Part shown: piece by piece, positions 38,695 to 49,915 of the stretch
Layout of the letters: every line of letters begins with the position of its first letter
Position numbering within the stretch: the stretch's first letter is position 1
NCBI RefSeq assembly: GCF_006345805.1
Contig: NC_043002.1
Span: 19,840,001 to 19,904,000 of the forward strand
DNA: 64,000 bases
Source of the DNA: Octopus sinensis
Taxonomy: Eukaryota
Direction: 5' to 3'
The notes under the pieces: generated by a model
The model's database searches: none
What the model saw: only the letters and a program-made list of their open reading frames with translations
What the model was told of the DNA's origin: nothing
Translations under genes and position numbers: made by a program

Positions 38695-39118
38695 CGGATC
38701 TTTTCGGTTTGAACGGCAGTTTTTTAAAATAATTTCCACGTAACTAAACACTTTTAAACTTCGTATACTGATAGAATGTGTTTATAAAACATCTTTTTCT
38801 CTTGGCTTTATTGAGAAAATTCTATAGTTTGTAAGATATTTGTTGTTGTTTTTTCTTCAATTTCTGCAATTTCAACCAATCAATGACGTCTGTTGAGGTA
38901 AAAAAAAACATTCTGTGCCGCATGAATATGTCCCTCGTTTAAGAAACAGATTGGGTTTATTTACATTTGTGAAGAAAAAAGATACCCTTCCCCCCACCCC
39001 TAACCCTAACCCTAAAACAGATTGAAATGCAATAGATCGATACTAGGGTCATAATTATGGGTGACAATTTCATATGACACCGCTAGAAAAAAACTGCCGT
39101 TCAAACCGAAAAGATCCA
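38695..39118. mobile_element. MITE with about 30-bp TIRs, 6-bp TSD and internal (CCCTAA)3, copy 1
   Basis: TIRs cggatcttttcggtttgaacggcagtttttt / aaaaaactgccgttcaaaccgaaaagatcca; TSD CTCCAT (38689-38694 and 39119-39124). Confidence 0.9.
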
Positions 39119-39433
39119 CTCCATCCTTTCCAATCTCTAACAAATATTTTGCCGTTTTCAAGAGATTTATTAAGTTAAGACCAACTGCCTTCATTCGTGT
39201 TTCTAATCAGTGACGTAACAAGAGGGTGTACCGCCTGGGGCAGTTCTTGAGTTTGTCTCCACCGCCACTGCCACTTATATGGGGTTGTACAGCACACCTA
39301 AAACTACCCTCCCCATCGCTCCTAACCCCAGCTACGACACCCTCTCTAATGTATGAGAAACGAATGAATCTCACAACAGCCTCCCTCCATCTCTATTGAA
39401 TCTGTCCTTCGAAGATATTTGCTAAGGAATGAC

Positions 39434-39790
39434 AGGCGTGGCTGTGATTTAAGAAGCTTGTTACCCGACCACATGGTTCCAGGTTCAGTCCCACTGTGGG
39501 TAAGTCCTTGGGCAAGTATCTTCTAGTATAGTCTTGGACTGACCAAAGCTTTGGGAGTTGGATAATGGAAACTGAAAGAAGTCCCGTCATGTGTGTGTGT
39601 GTGTGCGTGTCCCACCACCGCTTAACAACTGGTGTTGGTGTGTTTACGTCCCCATGACTTAGCGATAGAATAAGTACTAGGCTTTGAAAAATAAGCCCTG
39701 GGTTCCATTTGTTCGACTAAAGCCCTTCAAGACGGGTGCATCAGCATGGCCGTAGTCAAATGATTGAAACAAATAAAAGATAAAAGATAT
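39434..39790 (+). mobile_element. SINE family C
   Basis: Head, (TG)n and tail. Confidence 0.8.
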
Positions 39791-39919
39791 CGATATATAC
39801 CCATCATCGAAATGCTGAGCTTGTGCTGCTTACGATAGAAGGAAGTTCAGACTCGAGGCCAGCTATGTATTTTATTCATTCAGGGCTGACATTACTATGA
39901 AGGAGACCCTAGTACTCAT

Positions 39920-40170
39920 TCTTTGAGGTCTGATACTTATTCTATCGTTCACTTTTGCCTAACCGCTAAGTCACGGGGACGTAAACAAACAAGCATTGGT
40001 CTCCGAGCGGTAATGGCAGTGACGACAAACACTAACAAAAAGGCGCACACGCACATATATATGACGGACTTCTTTCAGTTTCCGTATAACAAATCCATTC
40101 ACAAGACATTGGTCAGTCCGAGACTATAGTAGACGACACTTGTCCAAGGTGCCACGCACTGGACCCGAAA
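39920..40170 (-). mobile_element. SINE family C, diverged, tail-to-tail with the 39434 copy
   Basis: Head and tail motifs on the minus strand. Confidence 0.7.
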
Positions 40171-40200
40171 CCTGTTGTTCATCTATATTTCTTTGCCTTA

Positions 40201-41107
40201 CGAGGAGGTACCAAAAATTAACTGAAAACGTTCTCAGTTGGACAAGTCCGTTGTAGTTCAGGCTTCCGCCGCTAGAAGCCACTTGATGCGACCCTCAGGC
40301 ATCAGTCTGCCGACTGCGTCTTCGTGTGATGTCGTATAGTCACGTGGTGTGTCTTTGTTTTTCAGTGCTTCTCCCATGTTCATCAATTTTTGCGATGGTT
40401 GAAATGAAGGGACAGCATGCTTCCGTGACATTCTGTTTTCTGCTGGGGAAAACAGAAGCCGAAACAGTTGTCATGTTTCAAACAGCTTACAAGGACACTG
40501 CCATAAACAAAACACAAGTTTACGAGTAGTTTTCCCGCTTTAGGAACGGTCACTCGTCGCTTGAAGACCAACCTCGTTCAGGGCAACCGTCGACCTCCCG
40601 AACGAATAAAACCCCCACGAAAATTCATAAACCGATCTTGGAGGACCGTCGGTGAACATTTGATGAACTTGTTGATATGGCTGGTATGTCCTGGAGCTCC
40701 TGCCAACGAATTTAGAACGAAGAGTTGCGAATGAAAAGAGTGTTGCAGCAAAATTTGTGCCTCGCTTGCTCACGTAAGATCAAAAGCAGTCACGACTGAA
40801 TGCTTGTCATAAACTGAAAGAAAAGTTGATAATTGATCAGGAAGTTTTTTCGGAGGTCATTACTGGTGACGAAAGGTGGGGCTACGGAATTTGCAGATGT
40901 GGGAGAGGCGAAGAAAAAAACGACGGAAGCATTAAAAGGAATCACTTTGCAAGAGTTCCAGCACTGCTTCGAACAGTGGAAAACGGGTCTGGACCGACGC
41001 ATTGCTTGAAATGGAGAATTCTTTGAAGGCAATAAAAGTGTTAATATGTAAAACTAAGTGAATAAAATAATATTGCAAAATTCCGGTTTCTTTTGGTTAC
41101 CCCCTCA
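40201..41107 (+). mobile_element. Decayed mariner (907 bp) with internal deletion of the catalytic region
   Basis: TA|cgaggaggtacc ... ggttaccccctca|TA ends. Pseudo-transposase QHASVTFCFLLGKTEAET, EDQPRSG, AKFVPRLLT, ITGDERW, FQHCFEQWK. Confidence 0.88.
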
Positions 41108-41339
41108 TACAAAATTACGATTTCTTTCGATTAATGAAAATAGTTACTGCAAAAGGGTAGCATGTACATATTTTGCAAGAAGGTTGCAAAGAGTAGGGTG
41201 ACAGGTTCGAATGACCATCCCCCTATAGCCGTTGGTTTCTCTTACCACTATACATAGTGTATAGTTGCCACAAACTACTAAACATTAACGCTGTTACATT
41301 AGTATGTGAATAACGAAAGAGCCTTTCATAAATTTCACA

Positions 41340-42300
41340 AATAATTTGATGCGATTCAGAACAGTTAGGCGACGATTTATTCTCCGCTATAAAATACAAT
41401 GATTGCCATACATGAAATAAAATAACATAACAGGTTACAACAAAGACGTGGGAGAGAACTTCGTGGTTAGGCTGGACTGATCAGGTGAACAAAGTTGACG
41501 TACTGTTTGGTGGTGTGTAGGTGATGTGTAGAGGCAGCCGGGTCTGCATCCTTCTGTTTGGCACTGAGGTGTCGGTCCAAGGCTGATCTCGCCGCCAAAA
41601 CTTGGGGTGCAGAGCCCACTATCAACGCTTCTTCTAACGTCTGAACTAAATTCCCTTCTATTCTAGCCTGTTCTAGACGTAACTGTTTGCTGAATCTAAT
41701 AGACTCAAGTCGAATGACTTGCTTCAGGGCACACCACTACCTGTTATTTAACACAGTGCCAGTTAGTGCCCTCATTGCTAACTCCTTAATCTGGCTACGG
41801 TAAGTTTCGCAAGCCAATAGGGACTTGTTCAGCTTCCAGTAGCCAGACCCTTGTCTATGGACTTTATCTATATGCATCCTACACGTCACTAATTTGTGAT
41901 CCGTGTAGGGTACATAGGTAAATTGTGGACAACTCCCCTTCCCCCTGTCCGACTAAGAGACATGACTTTCTCATAGACATTCAGGAGAGTTGGGAAGGCC
42001 TGCAGCTTGTCCAACTTGTTCACTGTAGCAACTATAACATCTATTGTATGTGACCTGAGGTCGTCGAGGAAACAAGCCTGCTTCCGCTTCGAGCTCAGGC
42101 CACGCACATTCAAACAACCTATACACAGTGTAGCCATGTCATAAAACGAAAAAGAAGGAAAGTAGAGCTTACCTGCCTTTTCATCTTTCGAGAGGGGTTG
42201 TTCTCAGTATCACTGAGATTTGTTTCCTCTCCTCCTTCCTCTCTTCCAAACTTGAGATGTTTGCCTTGCCTTAATGCTTTGTTGTCTTCTTTAACAATCA
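41340..42300 (-). mobile_element. L1/Tx1-clade LINE remnant with large internal deletions
   Basis: APE start CIGCLNVRGLSSKRKQACFLDDLRSHTIDVI, then GSGYWKLNKSLL and the helical linker. Confidence 0.8.
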
Positions 42301-42310
42301 TATATATATA

Positions 42311-42378
<68 letters not shown>

Positions 42379-42802
42379 TGAGGGAGAGATTATTCTACAA
42401 CACTAGTCCGATAATGGCTTAACTGGCCGAAACTTCGAAATCACAGTCAATACTCTTCTTGTTAAAGAATAATCAATTTTACGTTTATGATTTTGTTTTA
42501 CAAGATTCCTGATGTGAAACTGTGTGTTGAAACAGATACTGTTATATTTCGGGGTGGTCTTTTTTTTTTCTTGCCAAATATACGTGCGCATTATATATTC
42601 GTCCTCCACTCGTTTATCATTATTAAAAAAGATTTCCAGAAAATGAACATAAAATAGAATAAGAACAATGATAAACGAGTGAAGAACGAATATATAATGC
42701 GTGTGTTTATTTGGCAAGAGGAAAAAATTTAAATGACCATGCCGAAATAATAAATTTATACTCTACCAAATGTATCGAGTAATCCTTCAGTATTTATTTA
42801 TA

Positions 42803-43033
42803 TACTCTTTTATACTTGTTTCAGTCATTTGACTGCGGCCACGCTGGAGCACCGCCTTTTAGTCGAGCAAATCGACCCCAGGACTTATTCTTTGTAAGCC
42901 TAGTACTTATTCTGTTGGTCTCTTTTGCCGAACCGCTAAGTTACGGGGACGTAAACTCACCAGCATCGGTTGTCAAGCGATGCTGGGGGCGGAGAAACAC
43001 AGACACACAAACATATACACACACATGCATACA

Positions 43034-43072
<39 letters not shown>

Positions 43073-43235
43073 GACGGGCTTCTTTCAGTTTCCGTCTACC
43101 AAATCAACTCACAAGGCTTTGGTTGGCCCGAGGCTATAGTAGAAGGCACTTGCCCAAAGTGCCACGCAGTGGGACTGAACCCAGAACCATGTGGCTGGTA
43201 AGCAAGCTACTTACCACACAGCCACTCCTACGCCT
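42803..43235 (-). mobile_element. SINE family C, full length
   Basis: Head, microsatellite and tail. Confidence 0.88.
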
Positions 43236-43285
43236 ATATCATAAAAATAAATACATGAAGGCGGGCACACACACACACACACACA

Positions 43286-43863
43286 CATCATCATCATTGT
43301 TCGACCGTGGTCGAGACAATGGAATTTACTATGTTACGCCAGACTTCACGGTCCATCATAGCATTACGGAGGTCCTGTTGCTGGATGCCTGTATCCCTGG
43401 AGATTACATCAGGGTAGGAGAGTGTGCGCCCTCTGGTATTGCGAGTAGATGGCTTCCAGAGGAGAAGAGTAGAAATTACTTCTTTTTCAGCTCTACAACA
43501 ATGTCCAGCAAACTGGACTCTCCTACCTTTCACAAGAGATGACACAGGTGGTAATTTCCCATATATTTGCATTTTGGTTGGATGGCGCTTCCACGAGAGA
43601 TTTTGAGCTCTCATAAGGAGGCGAGTGTAGTTCCATCCAACCGCCTCTCAAGCTTCTTTGATAACGTCCAGGTTTCTGAGCCATATAGTAGAATTGGTTC
43701 GACTGTGGCTTTGAATATTTCAAGTTTGAAGTCTCTACTTAGATTTGATGACCGATCTTATGCATGTCATTACAGGCTGACCAGGCCATACCCTTTCTAG
43801 TTAGAAAGTCTTTTCCAGATGATGATATGTATGACCCAAGATATTTATAATCAGAAACCATAT
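43286..43863 (-). mobile_element. RTE-clade LINE 3' fragment with (TGA)n tail
   Basis: DYKYLGSYI, ATVEPILLYGSETW, RRVQFAGHC, DREVWRNIV*, followed by tgatgatgatg. Confidence 0.88.
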
Positions 43864-43870
43864 TTAAAGG

Positions 43871-43901
<31 letters not shown>

Positions 43902-44155
43902 TGATAGAAATGGCAAGACAACAAAAGAATGAAAGAGACCTCTATATTATGTAAATAGAGGGAATTTATCTGTAAATGTAATAATATGTGACAATTATTC
44001 GGATGTCGAGGCGGAAACCCACGCCGGCATCTCTTCAGTTATCGGGCCATCGAAAGATATATGTATATAGACACACACACCACACGCGCGCACACACAAC
44101 ACACACACACACACACCACACACCACCCCACACACACACACCACACACATATATA

Positions 44156-44186
<31 letters not shown>

Positions 44187-44726
44187 CGAGAGTATTGTAG
44201 TTCGCTTGAAGCATTGTGTATTGTTTGTAAAGAATAAAATGTTTCGAATGGTACAACAATGCACTATAATACAAACAATGGACTATATACCTGTTGTAAT
44301 TTAACCATCTATAGTCTGACAATATTATATATTATAATTATATATAGCATACTGATAATTAAAAGTTGTCTTCATTTACTTGAGCACGATTCAAACTATA
44401 TATGCATAGAAAGGGATTCTTTTTTCTTTCTTTAAATGTTGTAAGTTTTAATTAAAACGATTTAAATTAACTTAATGATCTTTTCTGTTCGGCTACACCT
44501 GTGGAAATTTCAAAGTTCAGTAAAAAATTTTAAAATTGGTGTATTGATGCAATTATCCACGCTGAATCTCAGGAGATAATTCGCTATTTCCAGAAAAAAA
44601 AATTTTCAAATGAAGTTACAGAAGTTTAAAGTTTGATAATTTTTACCAAAGTCAGAAAAACAAGATTTGGAAGCTGTCATTTTGCACGTGACAGCGTGTA
44701 TTGCTAACTATAAACAATTGGAATAT

Positions 44727-44927
44727 TTATTTTTTGATTGCCCACAGGGGATAAGCGTAGAGGGGACAAACAAGAACAGACAAAGGGATTAAGTCGATTA
44801 CATCGACCCTAGTGCATAACTGGTATTTATTTAATCGAAAGGATGAAAGGCAAAGTCGACCTCGGTGGAATTTGAACTCAGAACGTAACGGCAGACGAAA
44901 TATTGCTAGCGTTTCGCCCGGCGTCCT
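44727..44927 (-). mobile_element. SINE family B
   Basis: Head end truncated or rearranged. Confidence 0.8.
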
Positions 44928-46010
44928 AATATCGGTGGAATTCTGCTTTACGTACGCCATATAACACTTCATAACTTTTTTTATTTTTTTCGAATTTTCA
45001 GAAAATTTTTTCGAATTTGTATCCTACACACAGGAATTCATATGTTTGTGCCAACTGCACCCACCACCCGTAAAAAGTTCGTGCGTGATGTGAGGCCTAT
45101 TTAGCTGTTACTTTTAGCACATCTCATGATCACCTCATGAGTGTTTTAATAAGGTACGAAAAAAACATGTAATAAGCAGCTTCGTAACAGCTTGACTTGT
45201 TACTATGGAAACAGACACCTATATGTCTGTGGCTTTCGATTGGCTAAAAATACCCAAAATTTGCAAACTTTAAAAGAAATTAACTCTTTATTGATTAATG
45301 GCGAAAATGAAATTCATGTCAATGATTACTTTACAAAACTACACCAATACACCAAATATGAAATCATTTGGAACAGAAATTGAAGAAACTGAGAAGTGGT
45401 AGCCAAACAGAAAATATCCAACTTAATACAACTTATTGATTGTATCAATAGCGCTACAAACATGAACACACCGTGAAATTTATCGCGGTAGCGTGTAATT
45501 CGAGTCGCGAAATAAACACATAGCTTCAGTTTTAATGTAGGTATGCATGTATGGATTAACCATTAAGCAAAATAAGCACGTTCTTAGGGCATCAAGAGAA
45601 GGAGGATGGACATCAAAGAAATAGTAGATGGTCTACGGCACAAAAGAAATTACTTTAAACTTGCTAAGATAATATTCCAAGGGGTTTATTTGAGCGAAAA
45701 TATAATTTCGAAGTGCTCATGGTGTCATAGTGAGAATCTGATTAAAAACTCTGCAATTAAAACAAGTAGGAGAAAACTTTTGAAAAATATATAGAGCAGA
45801 AGTATACAAAAATAACTTTTTTCCCATCTTACTATTAGTTTTGTTTCATTTTGACAAATAAAAAATATTTTATGATTTATATTTGAATTACATATATATT
45901 TGGGGGCAGCAAGGGCTTCTATGGGTCTTAATCCGGCCATGTATGTATGTATGTATGTATGTATGTATGTATGTATGTATGTATGTATGTATGTATGTTT
46001 ATGTTTATGT

Positions 46011-46538
46011 CAGGTCACTTTTGAGTGCTACTGGTAACATGTAACCCAGTACAACCTGTTGCATGGTCGGGTCGTCGGCGACTAAACCGGAAACCCCACC
46101 GAGCTTGCTTTGTGAGGAGGGTGTTTATTGGTCACCCTGCGAGATGAAAAACAAAATCCGTCAAAGGGCGGAGGAACTCTTGAGAGTCAACCGCTGTATC
46201 ATGCGCGGGGACATAGAAATAATCGGACTGAATACCCGATCGTGCGGTTAAACCATTGGGAGTGAAGGACTCCTAGCCTTTGTTAGGGCATCCTTCTAGG
46301 AGAAGGTAACTCAGGTAATTTGGCTAACTCCGACATAAAACCTGCGGCTCAGTGGTTACCGATGATGTTGACTTGTTCTTCTTTTCGGATTATGGCTGCT
46401 GTTGCTTAGTGAGTGGGATTGACTCAGTGCACAGCCTTTCTTCACTCTAAAAAAATCTTCTTACACAGGCATTGCACGACAACAACATTAATTAAGCTTC
46501 GTGCAATGGCCATACTCGATAACGAGGGGGCAGCCACC
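46011..46538 (+). mobile_element. Probable RTE-clade LINE 5' UTR fragment
   Basis: GC/CpG-rich stretch between microsatellites, with ggcatccttctaggagaaggtaactc resembling a recurrent RTE 5' UTR motif. No ORF. Confidence 0.45.
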
Positions 46539-46728
46539 ATGTATGTACGTATGTAAGTAAGTACGCACGTACGTACATACGTACGTACGTACGTATGTAT
46601 TATGTGTGTATGTGTGTCTGTCTGGGTGTCTGCCGATCTATCTATATATCTATCTATCTGTCTGTGTGTCTGTCTGTCTGCCTGTTTATCTATCTATCAA
46701 TCTGTCTATTAATCAATCAATCAATCAG

Positions 46729-46772
<44 letters not shown>

Positions 46773-47107
46773 ATGGAATGAGTGCATTTAACGATCAAGA
46801 AGAATAAACACACAAGGCACAACTTTTATGATACGCCTCAGACGCTGACTTCATCCAGTGATGGTTTTCATTACGTAATTTTATGTCCCTCTCGACAAAT
46901 TTTGGTACAGAATCTTGGAAGAGATTTATGTACATTTACAATATTGAATATTATTGGTCATACGATCTCGTGTTAGCAAACGTGGCAGCGAACATTCAGA
47001 TACAAATGATTTGCTATTTTTAGCCAATAAAATCGTTTCGCTTTTGGTGCGTTCATTTGTCTCAAAACACTTCTATTGCAGCAGGGTAAAATTTATAAAA
47101 AGATAAA

Positions 47108-47282
47108 GGCGCAGGAGTGGTTGTGTAGTAAGTAGCTTCCTTACCAACCACATGGTTCTGGGTTCAGACCCACTGCGTGGCAAGTTGGGCAAGTGTCTTC
47201 TGCTATAGCCTCGGGCCGACCAAAGCCTTGTGAGTGGATTTGGTAGACGGAAACTGAAAGAAGCCTGTCGTGTGTATATATA

Positions 47283-47354
<72 letters not shown>

Positions 47355-47580
47355 CTGTGTTTGTGTGTCTGTGTTTGTGTGTCTGTGTTTGTTCCCCCAA
47401 TATCGTTTGACAACCGATGCTGGTGTGTTTACGTCCCCGTAACTTAGCGGTTCGGCAAAAGAGACCGATAGAATAAGTACTAGGCTTACAAAGAATATGG
47501 GGTCTATTTGCTCGACTAAAGGCGGTGCTCCAGCATGGCCGCAGTCAAATGACTGAAACAAGTAAAAGAGTAAAAGAGAG
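47108..47580 (+). mobile_element. SINE family C, full length, with about 120-bp internal microsatellite
   Basis: Head, microsatellite and tail. Confidence 0.88.
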
Positions 47581-48479
47581 TATATAGTTATTTGTTGCTG
47601 GCGGATGGGCAGAACGGTCCGCCCCGAGTGCCCCTTTTGTAGGGCGGCACTTTATAAACTGTAATGTTGTATAAGCTATATAGAATGTGAAGGGAGCTGT
47701 GGAGCGGCAAACTCAAGGTTACCCCAGACGGTACAGACTAAATATGTGACTGAGTAGGTAAGCAGAGGGTGTCGAAATATCCTATACCAGACCTCGCGAA
47801 AGAAGACATTCTCTCATACACACTTTCTCACTGACTTCCAAATTTTCTCACCACAACGATAATCTCACTCATGCACGATGGCGATTGGTTCGAGAGAGTA
47901 AAATGTTCTCTCAAATAAGCATATATATTGCTATACATTCATTATGACAAAGCACAAAAGACTTTATGTTGTTTTATGTATTGTCTAATTGAGTGGTTCT
48001 CAAACTGACAAATACCGTCCACGCGCCATATACACACGACACACACACGACACACACGATCTTTATTAATGAAAAGACAACTGGTTTTACATCCATAATT
48101 TAACTCTTTATTCTCTATGGTGTTGGACAAGTTTAAGAAGTTTTAAACCTGAATTTATTTAACATGGCAGTTTTATTTCTCCTTTTCAATCCTTACAACC
48201 GCCTTCCCAGAAGAGCCTCCATTTTGTGAGAAACAGGTCTTTTTCGCATTTGTTTTACTATGTACATTTTTGTGAATATGAAGTGCTACAATTTTCCGTT
48301 AATTTTGTATGCATTATCAACTGATACTTTTACATATTTTCATAGCTTAAACCCTGTTATTTTGTATATGCCAAACATGAGCAACTATTTTCGAAAAGCG
48401 AGGTACATTAAACATGGTTCATCACGAGGTGGGCCGTACTACCAAAAAAAAAAAAAAAATAATAAATAAATAAATAAAA

Positions 48480-48890
48480 CCTCCAGTGTTTGACCCAAGC
48501 AGAAAAATGGGGGAAAATAGTGTAATAGGTGTAAAACAACATGTAGTAAACGAATATGAAAAAAAAAATTGCGCGCTGGCGAACGGGAAGGTGGGAGAGA
48601 CAACTCGGAAAATTCACACGATCTGAAAACTCAACGTTAACACCAGGTCACAAAAATGAAAAAAAAATAGTGTAATATTTGTAAAACAAATTGTAGTAAG
48701 CGAATATGAAAAAAAATGCGCGCTGGTGAACGGGGTGGGGGGGAGAAGACTCGGAAAATTCACTTGCCCAAGGTACCATGCAGTAGGACTGATCCCGGAA
48801 CCGTGTGGTTGGGAAGAATATCCATTTTCTTGAGGAAAAAAATCAGATCGTGTGAATTGTCCTGGTCCTCCCACACTCCCTGTTCGCCAG
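48480..48890 (+). repeat. Left block of a modular repeat (about 145-bp units), possible left TIR of a foldback/piggyBac-like element
   Basis: Starts cctccagtgtttgaccc; two tandem units and one inverted partial unit; interrupted by SINE head fragments. Confidence 0.6.
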
Positions 48891-49117
48891 CAAGTGTCTT
48901 CAACTATAGCCTCGGGTCGACCAATGCGTCCTGGAGGCCGAAGGTAGCATTTCAGAGGGAAAATTATCTATGCTATAAACGAAGATGAAAATAAAAATTT
49001 GCGCGCAAAATTTTTTCGATTCTCTCTTCTGCATAATGGTATTAACAAAAACAATTGCAGTGTAGATATTTGTAAGCCACTCAAGAACGCACGCATACGC
49101 GCGTACACACACACACA

Positions 49118-49157
<40 letters not shown>

Positions 49158-49598
49158 CACACACACAAAACAAAACAAAACGTTAGTTTCACTGCAACAT
49201 TTAAATTTCATTTCAATCTCAATATTTTCGTCGCTTTGAAACCGAGACTTGTTCTCTGACAAAACAGATGCAGCACGAATTTTTGTCAGGGTTTTTTCGC
49301 GGTTTCAAAGAACGAAGATATTTAGACACAAATGAAATCTAAATGTTGCAGTGAAAGTAACGGTTTTTGTTGTTCTGGAATTGCTTACAAACATCTTACA
49401 CGCTGCAAATTCTTTTAAATATTCACCCTTACCCTGCCCCTAATTACAAAACTTTCAACTGTTTTTCATTTTTTAAAATTCTTTATACAGGCAGTTCAAT
49501 GTTATTGAAATAAATTATCTTTAACATTCCTTTAAATTGTTACGAGAAAAAAATTACTAAAATAGAGTGAGGTTATAGAAATAAGAATCTATACTCTG

Positions 49599-49837
49599 TG
49601 TTATATAATCATCACAACAAACATGAACAATCAACGTCGCCCATTGTCTCCCTTGATAAAAGGACTTTCACTTTGTTTCCCGCCAAAACAATTAACTTGT
49701 ACAACAACGGCAGTCGAATAAAGTATCTTGTATCGTTAACACGTTGTTTCAGTCTCTCTCATTTTCTTAATCTTTCATACTAAGTACTCACTACTTCCTT
49801 TAATACTCAATACTATTATATATATATAACAACAACA
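49599..49837 (+). repeat. 5' LTR (239 bp)
   Basis: tgttatataatc...aacaaca; identical by eye to the 3' LTR except for a 3-nt indel in a TA tract. Confidence 0.95.
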
Positions 49838-49848
49838 TGGTGTCAGAA
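49838..49848 (+). promoter_or_regulatory. Primer binding site TGGTGTCAGAA (tRNA-Leu type)
   Basis: Lies directly after the 5' LTR and is complementary to the ...TTCTGACACCA 3' end of eukaryotic tRNA-Leu(CAA). Confidence 0.75.
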
Positions 49849-49915
49849 TACTAAAAGAACCCAAAATACAGAAACCAAAGGAAAAAAGAAGTTGAAATCA
49901 TACTTCAAAGACGAA

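Noticed and set aside
38998-39015. Telomere or chromosome-fusion relic
   Set aside because: Only three hexamers, at the same position inside both MITE copies, so they are part of the element.
46011-46200. HDV-like ribozyme in the putative RTE 5' UTR
   Set aside because: I could not find the P1/P3/L3 nested pseudoknot pattern by eye; a structure-based search would be needed.
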